The notes beneath the pieces were generated by a model. The model was not told the origin of the DNA and searched no databases. It saw only the letters and a program-made list of their open reading frames with translations. The position numbers were made by a program, and so were the translations under genes. A DNA stretch of 62,098 nt, counting the filler, from Choristocarpus tenellus KU-1152 (Eukaryota; Protista; Phaeophyceae): assembly GCA_964200185.2 (NCBI GenBank). It is 11 parts of 11 records of this genome, joined end to end, with 100 filler letters (N's around TTAATTAATTAA, not from the genome) between each part and the next. Parts side by side here need not be neighbours in the genome. Positions count along the whole stretch, not along the records: positions 7,886 to 14,153 come from CAXNAD020008523.1; positions 14,254 to 20,396 come from CAXNAD020008841.1; positions 20,497 to 33,032 come from CAXNAD020001804.1; 8 more parts are not named here. One strand, given 5' to 3'. Positions 11,555-24,800 of this stretch are shown here, one piece after another. The stretch's first letter is position 1; each line of letters opens with the position of its first letter.

Positions 11555-13994
11555 AATTGTGACTTTGAAGTCGTGACTTGGTACAATATTGGAATGTGCA
11601 ATTCTTTCGAGATATATAGGCTGTGAGAGAAGCTACTAAGCACATGTTTAGTACCGGAGGAAACATGTAGGGAGGATTAGAAGAGGAGGTGGAATGGGCC
11701 TTAAGATGAATTAGGTTGGTACACGCTTACTTGCAGCTTGCTGCTTCCCTCTACGTACCTCCTGCTCATCGTAGCGAATCCGACTCAACTGTGGGCAGGG
11801 GAAAGATATCATCATGTTAGGGGAAGATGCTGCCCTCGATATAGGTGAGCTACTCAAAGTCGACTCCCACCCAACTTTAAATATAGTTTGTGTTCTACAT
11901 CCTGTCTGATACACTTTTCCCCCATACTCAACATGCCATATTCTACATTTCTTGATGTGGTATAGGCACTGTCGTATTATTGGTACGCCTCTGTTGGAGA
12001 ACACTACAAGGCGTGACTTGTCAGTCTTGAGTCCCATCTCGCTCAATTGTGTGGCTTGTGATCAGCTAAAGGGTCATCCTATGTCATAGAGGGCCTATTT
12101 TGATTTTTATCAATTTTTTCGGCATTTTTAAACTTGTGTATATGATACACCACATCCACGTATTTGTTTGTAGTTGCAGGGACCCAAAATACTTGATGGC
12201 ACCCCCCTCCAAGATAGAAGGACTTTGAAGCTCATTTCTAACCCACATCGTAGACCTCAAACAAATTATGTTTCAACTATGTGATGCAATGATGCGTGAA
12301 TAGAGACTTCATGGAGTCAGAGGAAATATTGCATAACCATACCCCATATATGCCGCACTTAAGTTGGAGCCCTTGGTACAAGGTAAGAGTTACTTGCACT
12401 AACAAGGACTCCAAACGCACTTAAATGATTTCTAAACTCATGGACAATCCCTTCGCCTTGCACATCGTTCATTGCTCCTTCTCTCCACCGCCACACCTGG
12501 ATACAAAAGAGATGGAGAAAATTATCAAGTGCTTGGATGACCAAGCCGCTAAGTTGCAGTTACTAAGTCTTACAGAGGCCAAAATAATGGCCGGCATGCT
12601 GGAGTCGTATCAGGTTGTAGCAACAAAAAAAGGGTGCAAGGATGAAGAGGATATGGCTTCAATTAGGAAAATAACGGAGGACTCCTCAAGCTCAAAATAT
12701 GATTTGACCTCTTCTCAAGAAAGAGGCAAGGGTAGGACTAGGAGGAGGAACAAGCATTCATTGTCAGTCAAGGGGGCTTGATTGTGGTGTTTGTTCTCCA
12801 TTGGTACAGTATTTCCGGATATCTTATTCTGTGGGAAAAGGATAAGGACGTTTTACTTCATGATTGTGACAGGTTTTGTGTCCCCATTAGTAATATGGTG
12901 ACTAGCCCCTCTTTGGAAGTGTGTGGTCGGGCAATCCCTTTTTTTGCTGGTTTCTATGGAAGCATTTTGCTACATTCTTTCCTGTAATAATCCCAGTGAA
13001 GCTGGATGTGCTCATATTTACATCCCATATTGCTACATTCATTTTTTGAACCCATGCAGCTGTAGTTGCAGTTTGCGTAGGTCTGACCCAGTCCAGACCC
13101 AAGAAGACCTTTCGCTTGTAGAATAGGGTAAATTTGAAAGTACGTCTGTGACTGGGAGGCCTCATGTATACATTAGATGTCATTAAATTGCTGTTTGCCC
13201 CGTAATAGACATAGTAACTGGCCCATCTTTGGAATTGTGTGCATCTGTCGTCAGTCTTTTTTTCTGAACTTGGTCTGGGAAATTGTAACACGCAAATGTG
13301 GTTTGTCACTTTTTTTTCATTGATTTGGATGGATATTTTCAAATCATTTTTCTCCTTTGTTTGGAGTGTGTGGTCCACACAAGCAAGCTCACTAAATAGT
13401 TACTCGAGTTCTTAACCTATGAGTAGCATGTTTGTTGATACTCTGAGGATAGTGGGGTGATGTCCTTAGATCATGAGTGTGAATGTGAACTATCAGATGT
13501 ACCCTACCACATCCTGAGAGTTATGGTAGGGAAGGCGAAAGGATGAATATAATGAAGGGTTTGATGCGGCACAGGTTGATCTTACGAGTGACCACCAACG
13601 AATGGAGAGTGTGGCGGAATGGACAATAATGGAGCCAGGAGATTCGCGGGTTGACCTATGGTGGTCTTGTAGGGCAGACTCTCTCAGGGGCACGATTTCC
13701 TGGAGGGATTTTTGGTGTTGGGGAAGGTTGGCATATGACTCTCAGCGTGGAGGCTTGTGTTAGATATACAGAGAAGGTGAATGGACTGTTGTACCCAGTA
13801 GAAGTCATGGTGAGAGGAATTCGATGAGTGGTGTTGATAGTTTGCAACTCAATCTACGGATACATATGATGTGTTGGTCAGATCTACCACTTTAATGTCA
13901 CCCACTCGCGTGACTACTATCGAGTATTCAGGAAAAGACTAGTTGAGAAGGTGGAAATCAAGGGTTAAAATGACTTGTATGACCTGTGCACTGC

Positions 13995-14153
13995 TGGCTC
14001 AAAATATCTGGGTGGGGGGGTGGCGGCTGTCCATTTGGGATCAATTTTTTCATATCGCGATTTTTGGGCGATTCGATCCATACATCGGATGGATAATGTA
14101 AATGCACTTTTCCTCATTTTGGTCAAATGGACACCCTGGTGTAGACCCCCCCC
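13995..14153 (-). mobile_element. G-rich MITE family B, near-complete copy
   Basis: Reverse complement of 40549-40725. It runs into the linker at a poly-C tract. Confidence 0.8.
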
Positions 14154-14253
14154 NNNNNNNNNNNNNNNNNNNNNNNNNNNNNNNNNNNNNNNNNNNNTTA
14201 ATTAATTAANNNNNNNNNNNNNNNNNNNNNNNNNNNNNNNNNNNNNNNNNNNN
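14154..14253. other. Artificial contig linker
   Basis: N44-TTAATTAATTAA-N44. Confidence 0.98.
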
Positions 14254-14937
14254 CCCTTTCACAGTGGACAGGAATCTCCGCATGGATCTGGTGGCAGACG
14301 CCGGAACAGTCCCCTACAGGGACAAAGGCCTTCTGCTAGATGTCACATTCGCATAGGTACAGACAACCTCCCACCTTACCCACTTATCCATCAGCAATGG
14401 TGTAGCTGCTGCTGCAGCCAAGGCGTGAAAGCGCAGCCACTACGAGGGCTCCTTTGATCCTCGTAGTTATAACCTCAACACCTTCGTGGTGGATAGTTTT
14501 GGGCACCTCGGCAAGTAAATGGAATGCTTCCTGGATGAGCTGGCTACTCACATGGTAGGGGGGAGAGGAACTCGAGGATATAGCAGGAAAGGAATAGTTA
14601 AATCCCGCCTACGACAAATTGTCCTGATAACTATGCAAGTGGTACTGTCTAGACGTGTCATGCGTTTTAAGCTGGAATCGCCAGGAGATGGGCACAAAGG
14701 GGTTTATTGGATTCTTGGGAAGCCTCACTAGTTCCCCCCCCCGGGGCACAGGTAAAGGTAGATTGGAGACACAGGAGGGCAGTAGTACAACATAGTGAAG
14801 TAACATATAGATAAATGTCTTTCACATTTATGACATTTTATTCCTTTAGGGCTTATACTGACAATATGTATAGTTTTCATTGGTTTCCCCACTGACACAT
14901 CTGCGAAATGTCAGAGGGCACAATAATAAAAATAATA
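14254..14937 (+). mobile_element. CRE-like non-LTR retrotransposon 3' portion: restriction-like endonuclease domain (in-frame stops) plus 3' UTR
   Basis: RMDLV...LLLDVTFA...AAAAKA*KRSHYE...FVVDSFGHLGK fits the RxD..DVT..K..Y..(E/D)xxG RLE signature. The 3' end is CTGACAcatctgcgaaaTGTCAGagggca followed by an aataat tail. Confidence 0.75.
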
Positions 14938-14985
14938 CCTCTCCAAAATCCTGTATTAACGTATGATCAGTTATTATACTTCATA

Positions 14986-16636
14986 CTACCTCTGTACCAT
15001 AAGTTTATATCGCGAAACATCTGGATTCGCCGAGTGAGAACGGCACCAAATCGGACGATAACCCCACAGAATGAAACCGGGTTGACAAATCTCAGCTTTC
15101 AGGAAAGGTGGGGGTCGAGGATCATCGGGGACAAACTTGAGGTTCTTCAAGCCGTCGAAGTAGGGGTCTTTTGGGGTGATTTTGAGGCCACAACTCGACA
15201 CGCCAAGGGTCAGAACGTCGGCATGGTAACCCCCCCGTCAACCGATCTGCGGAGCTAGGGTGCCCAGGTATTCCTGAATACCAGGGTTGCGCTTGCAGTG
15301 CAGCATGCCCTCACGATGGTCCTTCGTGAGCATAAACTACCGCGACACCTTGGGCTGGCCCTCGCAGCGGAGTTTGGAATGTCTGAGTGTTACATGCGAG
15401 GGCTCTGGGGCGACGTTGCTGATCATCTCGCCTGTGGCCATACGCTTGACGTAGGCGTGGCGGCATGTAGTGGGTGGCCTTGAGAGCTCACACTGACCAA
15501 GATGGCCCCAGTACATAGTATCAAATCAGACAATCGGTCATCCATAGTGTCTCAGGTGACAATGAGGATGGCCGCCAAGGGGTTGAATTATAGCACCAGC
15601 CCCATGAACAGGTGGTTGGATGATATGAGGGCCATGCCGAATCGCCGCTGGATCAAAGCCAACCTTAAATCGTGGCAAAAGATGTAAGGAATGGACTTTG
15701 TTTGCGATCAAGTGGACCGGAAACGTGGTGTGTACGCCTCCATGACGAACATGATCCATGTGACTGAAACCTGGTTTTACGTGATGGCTGAAGGGGAAAG
15801 GGCTAGGGTATTTCCACATGAGGATGATAGCGACCTTCCAGAGTCCCCTACTGTCCAGCACAAGAATCATATCCCCCAAACCATGATCATTGCAGACAAT
15901 GCCCGCCCAGATTCGGCTCACAGCTTTGATGGAAAGCTTGGTCTTTGGCGCGTGTGTGCGCCAAAAACGGCAGACAGGACAAGCAAGAACCATGAAAAGG
16001 GGAATGTGTATGAGCAGGACTGTACTTTAGACCATTTGTGAACAGGAATTGGTACACGGAGAAGTTACTGCCTGCAATCAAGACCATGATGCCTTGGTTG
16101 CAGGGAAAGCATGTTGTCGTTCAGCAAGACAGTGCCACCCCCCACACGCGGGCAAGGGCAACTCAGAAATCTTGTCAGGGGCAGGGAAGACTGAGGGGTG
16201 ATCGATTAGGCTTGTGACGCAGCCATCAAACTCCCCCGGCCTCAGCATCATGGACCTGTGCTTCTTCAGGTCTTTGAAGATACCAGGTGATGGGGGAGCA
16301 GTTGAAGGCCATTAAGAAACAGTATGAGTATGATGAAACCACACTTGAGAGGGCTTGGTTGCCCCTTTTGTGGTGAACAATCAAGTACTTAGATACAAAG
16401 GGGGGAATGACTTGAGTGTGGAGCACACAGGGGTAAGGAAGAGGCAGTTTGTCTGGTGAGCTTGAAAACACACCAAAGGTATTTTTTTTTCTGCGGCTGA
16501 TAAAATTATGATTGATGGGGAGAAATAGTAATAAAAAGAGTGACACTAACCAGAAATTTGTCAATGATTCCAAATCTTCTTACAGGAATGAATTTCATCA
16601 ACTTCAAAAGTTATGGACAACGCGGCACAGAGGTAG
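14986..16636 (+). mobile_element. Tc1/mariner DNA transposon (plant/stramenopile mariner-like), decayed transposase, both termini present
   Basis: Motifs MIHVTETWFYV (HxDEKWF), RTSKNHEKG, VVVQQDSATPH and QPSNSPGLSIMDLCFF (QPPNSPDLNVLDLGFF). TIR CTACCTCTGT at both ends, with TA at 14984-85 and 16637-38. Confidence 0.88.
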
Positions 16637-19272
16637 TATATAGCAGCAGTTGTCATAAATATATTTCGTACATCAGTAGTCAAGCTTGCATTTTGCGTAT
16701 CGGTACCACCACTCCTGTGTTAAAAACATAAAAAAAATATATGTAGTACCACTCACCCGTCAATGAATCATAGGCCAATATTTGCACGTGCCACTTTCTT
16801 ATCTGCGAAAGATGTAATGGCGATTCCCTGGTACAAATACATATATTTGAAATCCGTCCTGAATGATCTGCTCTTATAAACACAAGTTGTTGTGCAATCA
16901 AAATATGTTGATTTGTCAACATTTCATGTTGTCGGAAGATTCGTCCACACCACTCTCAGAAAAATGATTGGGGTCCAAAAATGAAAGAGTTAACACCTAA
17001 TCTTTTATTTGTGAGGATGTACCCCAATGTGCGTAACTCAGATATGCGATGGGAACGGTCATCAATTTGTCAAATTGATTTGCACGACATGTGCTCATGT
17101 ATCGGTCCCTTGTCATCACTCTTTTATGTTTCTGATGCCTTGACACCTTGCTTCGTGGAAAATATGTTTGCCCCCATTGATGGGACTACCAACACGTCAC
17201 TCATGGTAACAACGAACCTTTTCCACATAAGGAGCAACGGGATGGTTGAGAGGGAAATTACTCAGACTCAGGGAATTAATTGCCCCAATACAAAACACAT
17301 CAGTATTATGCTTTCTTGTGGCCACCTATCCACCCCTGCCTGTGACTTGCCAACTCATCTCCTTTCATGAACAAACTGTACCACCCATCACCTTCCTCCT
17401 ACACCCCTCCGCAAAACCCGATATAAGGATACACATTATCTATATATTCAACAGTCAACGCCTCTTGCACCAAACCAGAGTTCTGCACACCACACTACCC
17501 CTCTTGGAAACAACATTGAGCATGGTCTTGTGGTACATACTACGAAGTATACACAAAATATTGACACTATGATACTTGGTAGTATGATACGGTTTGTGCT
17601 TATTTTTTCATATCCTTTTTGAAGTGTGGAGCACTTATCAATAGCTAGCTCTAACTAAACAGAAGACCAGATGTAGTGCACCAAACCCCGATGACTTGAG
17701 CACCTTAGACAACAAACACAAAGAAACGTCAAGCAACAGCACTGCACTACAACTCAGATTATTATCTGCATGTTGGCCGCACAGATTTTTTGCTCGCAGC
17801 CATGCCCCCCTCCCATTTACCCTTTATAAACTAGCTGCCTTCAAGAGACAGGACAACCATCAACCATGAGCGTAATATGTGATCTCCATTGCAACTCCAC
17901 CTCGAATGTTGCCTGGACACCAGCACATACGCATTCACCACCCACCTACTAATCAACCCACAAAAAAGCTACATCCTCTTGCACACATAGGGTGTGGTTG
18001 CCACCCTAACCATGTCTGTTGCACTCAGAGTCGGACCAGTGCCACTCATGCGAGCATATCTCTGCGCCCCATGACGCCGTTGCCCTACCCTCCCCCCTCC
18101 ACCCCTTACTCCCTCAACACCAGAAATCTCGATCTCCACCTCAACTTGATGCTTGGAATCTGCAACACTGTTGCCAACAGTGACTCCTTCAGGGTCTTCC
18201 ATGCGTTGGAAGTGGGGACTGTTCATGACCAGAAGGAGGTAGGTTACAAACCAGGAACCCCCTAGGATCTTGCCCAGTCCCAGAGTAGCGCCTGCAACTG
18301 TGCTCCTGTTCCCACCCAACCCACCCGCCGTGAAGCATAGGAGGAAAAACGATCAAAAACAAAACAGCCCCCAACCCCCACCCCGAAAACAAGGAGGTAC
18401 AAAATCATCATTCGAGGTGAAAAACGGGCAGCAGGCATGGGCAGTTGGTCACTTCAGGGCTGGAGTTGAGAGTCATGCTGAATGTAGGGACACAGGCATT
18501 GAAGTGGGCAGAAGATGAGCACAAAAAAAGCAACACAAAATATCACAGTACGAAAAAACAAGTTGATGTAAGGCCAGAGATTTTTCTGACTCAATGAGGT
18601 GCAGATCTCAATGCCTCAAATAGAGAAGGGGCAACAGCATGATGTCTCCTTCTACTCTTCTGTAAGAGCTCATTGACACCAATGCTACGTTATGTATTCT
18701 GTGCACAATCTTCATTTTTACGGATCTTGGGTACTACTCTGATCAGTCAGCAAAATCGTACTACAAACAAAATACTCAAACCATGCATTGGTTGTCTGAG
18801 CCTCCAAAAAAGGTTGAACATACTCAATACAATCCACAATTTGAGGTCGGTACATTTACTGTTCCTCGGTTGATTCAAGCGCTTGCTCTATTCAAAGCAG
18901 GAACCACTACGTAAGGTCAAGACCTGGCTTCAGACACCAATTACACAACACCAAAACTTTCTCGTTCCTCCGATTTTTATTCGACATGTGTTGGTGTGTG
19001 TGTATGCTCTGCATTTGCAGGCAACCTTACATACTTTGTTTTCTGTGGAGTATTAAATCGCATGCAGCCAAAGCCTAAAACACATGCGCACACCTGCACT
19101 AGAGGAACAGGGATCAGGTCAAGAAGAGAGGGTCATCCTCTCTAGTGGGCAACAGCAATGAGGTTTACCAAGTCAAACTTTGACTGTCCTACCAGAAAAA
19201 TAGTCATTGCAGGGGCATGTGGGGTGCTAGGAACGACAAGGGGGAAGCTACATAGACTACAGCACGACTTAC

Positions 19273-19326
19273 TTGTCAAAGGCTACCCTGGCCAGCATCT
19301 GGTCTCCCGTCTCGATGCATGGCCCC
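19273..19326 (-). CDS. Possible micro-exon (GPCIETGDQMLARVAFD)
   Basis: Pyrimidine tract, acaacag| acceptor and AA|gtaagt donor. Only one frame is open. Confidence 0.3.
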
Positions 19327-20396
19327 CTGTTGTAGCAGAAAGAGGCAAGTGAACATGAGAGCATAGGGGAAAAAATGGGAGCTTGGTTTGGGGGCAGGAT
19401 GCAGGCCCATTTACGTATGACCAAAGAAAAAAGAATCCTGAATAGTAACTGCATGGGCTAGGCGAAACTGTTAGATAGGAAAAGACACATAATCGAGATG
19501 CACAAAATGTGTTTTACGTGTCTGTTCTCCATTGCTTGTCTGCTATTAGTCTGCAACATACTTCACTATCCATGGTCAAATACGCTAGCCTGATGAATAA
19601 GTCGCCACCCACACTGTGTCATGTGGAGTATTATTCACTGAGAAGGAAACATAATAGCAACATATCTCCTTGAGAATTGTGCAAGGCTGGCAGGGGGTTA
19701 GGGGTGGGAGCACTCTCACTGGATTATGCCTTTGCATAGGGTGAAAATGTTTATAATTCAGCACGAACAGAGCTTCATCATTTGGACACATCTGCTCACA
19801 TTAGTCTCAATAATGCCCCCAAACGGGTGGAAATCGAACGCGAAGGAGGAAGGTGGGCATCACTCGACCGTTCTGTACCCTACTAAGCAGTAAAACAAGT
19901 AGTTAATGGGCAGACTTACTGCAATGTTGACATATTTTTTATTCGCTGTTACAAAACAGCAGTCCAACATCAAACCTTGAAAACCACATGGGCAGTATGA
20001 CTTTTACCCTGCATATAGGGGTATAGCTTACCTAAAAATAAAATATATCGGAAAAGGAAACTAGGAAGATGTGGGAATGAGCCTCTCCTAATCATCATCC
20101 CTTGCAACAACAACACCAGGTTTATGAGAGAGGAAAAGAACAAACTCTGGGCAACTTGGTTGCAAAAGGTCCAAAGCACCCTTGATTTATCATTTCATTT
20201 AACCTCATCCCTCACAAATATCAAACTCAATTTATTCCAGAATTCACTCCCCCCATCACCACAAAACACAAACACTTCAAAAGCATGTACCAGTTAACGC
20301 ACTACATGGTTCAACCTTTAAAACCCAAGAGTGGCTCAAAGTATCTGGGGGGGGGGGGGGGGCAACCCCCGGGTGCCCTTTTCGACACCGAGCCGG

Positions 20397-20496
20397 NNNN
20401 NNNNNNNNNNNNNNNNNNNNNNNNNNNNNNNNNNNNNNNNTTAATTAATTAANNNNNNNNNNNNNNNNNNNNNNNNNNNNNNNNNNNNNNNNNNNN
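20397..20496. other. Artificial contig linker, flanked on both sides by family B MITE ends (20332-20396, 20504-20625)
   Basis: N44-TTAATTAATTAA-N44, with caaagtatctGGGGG on each side. Confidence 0.98.
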
Positions 20497-21859
20497 GGGA
20501 ATGAGGTCAAAGTATCTGGGGGGGGGAGGTGCCGGCGTCCGTTTTTCACTATTTTTTCTTTTTTTACTCTTAGGTGTGATTTGGTCGCACGTGTCGGATT
20601 TGAAATGTCAGCAAAAAAAGCCAACTGTTGGTTAGGTTCCTTTCCATCCTTGCGTACGTGGAATGGGAATATATTCCACCATTTATTTGGGTTTGGTTAG
20701 GAGTTTCGACGTTTGCACATGTCGGATTTGGAGTCTGTTCAAACTGGATTATTGGTTAATGTATGTTGGTCGTGCAGCTACGATGAAGAACAAGAGATAT
20801 GGGTTAGGTTGTTCCAGGACTGGATATTGGTTTGTTTGGTTGCATTAGTGGGATTTGGTTAGCACATAAAGAGGGCTGTCGGTTAGAGTGTGTTTTCCCA
20901 CTGTTAGGATGAGGAATTGAAAAAAAGACTATGTGGACTGTTGCGAGGTTGGTTTTTCGTTTATTTGCATGTATGAGTCGTGTCTGGTATGTACACAAAG
21001 AGGACTATCAGTTAGGGCCTGTTCTCCCGGTGTGTGCACGAGGAACCAAAACATATGTGATGTACTGTTTTAAATGTAGTACTTCGTTTATATGCGTGCA
21101 TGTGTCGGATATTGTATGTAAACAGACGTGGTTGTTGCTGAGGGTGTTGGGGTTGAAGTTGTTGGTATGAAGGAAGGGAAAAGGGTCAGGTTTTGTCTTC
21201 GGGTTAGTGTACTGTATCTTTCATGTGATATGTGGACGGATTCTGGAGGTGTATACGAATGGTTATTGGTGAAGATCTATTGTCGTACGTTTCTCTGAAA
21301 GTGTTTCAAGATGCACTTCCAGAGGTCCTGGGTTGGTGCTTGCTTAGGAGCATCGTGCGTGGATTTCGGTACGTGATCCTCCAAGATTTGAAGGAGGACG
21401 AGATCGGTTCTAGGTTGTCAACACTTGGACAAAGCATGAGATGGTGCACAGAGTATTGAGAAGCAGGGGGGAGGTGCGTTATAGTGTTCAAGGAATAATT
21501 AGCGGCTTTGAGAAGGACATGGTATCCATCGCAGGCCCTGGCGATTTGTTTGGAAAGGTTAGCTGAGAAAATGGAGAAGAGTTGTTTAATTGATGTATTA
21601 TATTTCAGTTGTCTAAACTTTGTTTGTACACACTCTTTTAAACAAATAATAACGCAGGTCTAAACCTCAACAGGAGCATGATATATGATACGCTGACGAC
21701 TCTAACTGGTAGTAATGTACCCGATACCACTGTCTAAATGCATAACTCATCGAATAGAAAGTGCATGAACATGGTAGTCGGACACCAAGGCAAGGTACAC
21801 TGATGCAGAAGTCAGTGTACCTGTAACTCGATCCTTACTTCAACAAGAACCTGAAACGA

Positions 21860-24800
21860 CTGAACCCCTATTTCAATTGGTGGGCGGACTCGAAATTTCG
21901 TCACCCTTCTCCCACCACTCTGCAAGCTTAGGGTATGCCTCGACAAGAAGGTGTCATAGGTTGAGGCGTGTAGCGTACCTGCTGTTCCAAGGTTCGGGCT
22001 TCATGAGGCTCAAGAAGATGGCCTTCTTCGCACGGAGTGCTTCCACATGCTCGGGACGCAACGTGTTGCCTGGGTTCCATCCACGATCGCTGAGTTTAAC
22101 CTGTGTGGGCTCGTGGACGTAGCATTCATCCCCGAAAACAAGAGAAACGGCCCCTTTACTGGCCTTGATGAGCCTGAACCCACGGTCGTATATGACTTGG
22201 GTGAGGATTTGAGTCTGCACTCGATACTGCGAAGAAGCAGGTTTCGTTGCCGATTGTAGGAGCTCGGTAACGCACACCTCCATGAAGACTTTCGTGATCC
22301 CCACATCGGATGCATCGCCGGAGTCGGCCACGTCCTGTGTGACGCAATCGTCATCACCATGCGATGACCTTTCGTCATCATCGTTGTACCTCGAGGTAGA
22401 TGAACACGGATTTACCGCATATTAGCCCTTTTTGGCAGAAGTAAAGACATCTGCCAAGAAGTCAAGTTCTAAAGCGCTGCCATCAGGACCACGAGGCTGT
22501 TAGAAGGGTCTCATCCGTCCAGCACCTTCTCTCACCCTCTTCTTCCTAATTATCGTCCTTTTCCCCTTTCCTTCACCCTTCTCGGAAGGCTTGTCCCTTG
22601 GGGTTGGGGTAGGATCGGCATGGACGTGGTTCTCACTTTGCCTGACAGTATGGTCGTAGGTGTTCCCTGGCACTTGGGACTCGTTGCCGCCGCTGCCCAC
22701 CGAATGGGCGTTTGGGGACATACATGGGTCACTCCTGACAGGCGTGGACTCTGAGTCCCTGTCTAGCCGCCCCCTCACGTCCTCCTGTGCAAGTTCCTCT
22801 GGACCTGACAAAGCATTACAAACGGGTCGGTCCCCATCACCTCCAGAGTCGTGTTACGAAGGTGTGGTTGTATGCCTTCCCCCTTGTAGAGTCCTGCTTC
22901 CCATACCTACTGTAGGGCTAGGCGATGGGTTATCTTGTTCCTCTTCATCACCTGGTGGGTTGGGTCTTCCGCAAGGTATAGGCGTGGATACGCCACAAGC
23001 TACCAGTGTCTTCACCAGAGCAAAATTGCGGAAGGTGGAGAGTTCGTCCATGAGAAGTAGGATAAGATCCGGATAGAGGCTGTCCCTGAGGGCGGTGCAT
23101 GTAATTACGATGCCTCCTGATCGGGTCTGGAGAAGGGCGACTTCTCTCTCGTGGATAGCGCTCGTTTCGGACTAAGGTCGCGCTCGGTCGTGGCATTTTT
23201 CTCTGGCGTGATCACAATTTTTGTGAGTCGTGTTATCTCTATGATGGTGGAGGAGTCGGCAAAGGACGTGGCGAAGTAGGAGGCAAAACAACAGGAAGAG
23301 GTGTTAGCGTTAGGAGGCAAGGGATGAGGTAGAGGTTGGTGAGAAGGAGTAACTGAGGCAGGATACAGAGGAGGAGGCAGGGACTGAGGAAAAGATGGAT
23401 GGATTAGAGTACATGCGGCTCGTTAAACTTGGGCGGATTATTCGAGCCCATAAATCAGGAAGACAAGTAGGGGTTGTAACATAGGGCGAAGAGGATGCGT
23501 ATAGGACTATAGTACATGAACCGCGACATAATTTCCCTTCTTTTGCCGAGTTCTTTCGATCGGTACAACAGAGCGAAAGTACGAATCAATCTGTTCGACG
23601 AGCAACTTCGCAACGTACAAAACCGGAGAACCCTGTGACAATGTTTGTTGTCAAACTGTCCAACGTCGGTAAGATCTGCGAGGGTCTAGGTTGCGTGTTT
23701 GGTGTAGGGAACGATGTTTGGATGTTAACGTATGGCGATGTTGTACAATGATATAATTGCTTGCCTGTGTGTTCGTCAATGGTGTTCAGGGTAACACCCT
23801 CAGAGTATTTGATGATGTCCAGGTATTTTGTGCCCTCGTCCACATCCTCCCTCAACACGAGGTCCCTTTTCACCTTTGGATTTTATGGGGTTACATTACT
23901 GTGCTCCATCAGGGCGTTTATTGTGAGGTAGGTTGATACGAACTCAAATGCGGTAGATAGATGAGATGATGAACCTCACACTCCGTTGAGTACCTCCACA
24001 TTGAGGATGTATTTTTTCTTTCGAGGACCCTCTTCTGAAGACCCTACTGAGGAGTCATCGGCGCAGGGGTCTATCCTGAGCTCGTCTTTCCTTTTGAGGT
24101 CGTTCATGAATTGTATGGCGACCTCCAGGACAGTCCTCTTGATGAGGATATTCTTCGTGTGCATACGTCTAATGTATGCCAATTGGACTTTCCAGGTTTG
24201 GGATGCCCACTCCTCCTCGGCCTGGGCGGCAGACGCAGGGTCTGGACGCCGACCCCTGGTCTGTTTTTCTTCCCCTTTCCTCTTGTCTTCTTCTTTCCTT
24301 TGTCCTGGTCGGTCGGGGGGCGTTTGTTTTGGACGCTCTTTAGAGTGTGGGAGAACTGTCATGGAGAAGCACATGGGTAGTGGTGGAACGGTAAGTCACA
24401 TGCATGACATGGGTGTCTGTTTCGCGAGGCACGAACTAGACAGTGAACATTGCGGCTGTTGCAGGGTCAGCAGGGGAGTATATGCATATACATCCATACG
24501 TTACTTGAATCGTCACAGTCAAAGATTGACTTATCTATTCCTCTGGAAATGTCTCCGTCCCGACAACATAGGTCAATGAGAGCGCGTCAGTAGGCAATGT
24601 TTTGGCTCCCTGCTCTGAGAAGACGTGCGCAGCCACCTCAACAATGTCACGCCAGCGATGGCCTTGGGGGTTCTCCCCTCTGAGGATGGCCAGTCCGACT
24701 CTAGCGAGGACATCAGTGCATATTCTTGCGAAAAACTGCTCCCTGACCTCGTCTGTGAGCTGCATGTACATCAAATATGTGATGGTGTGTCGTTAGGAGA

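Noticed and set aside
12425-12781. 118-aa ORF as a gene
   Set aside because: No domain or clear splice signals. It may be a TE remnant, but this is unsupported.
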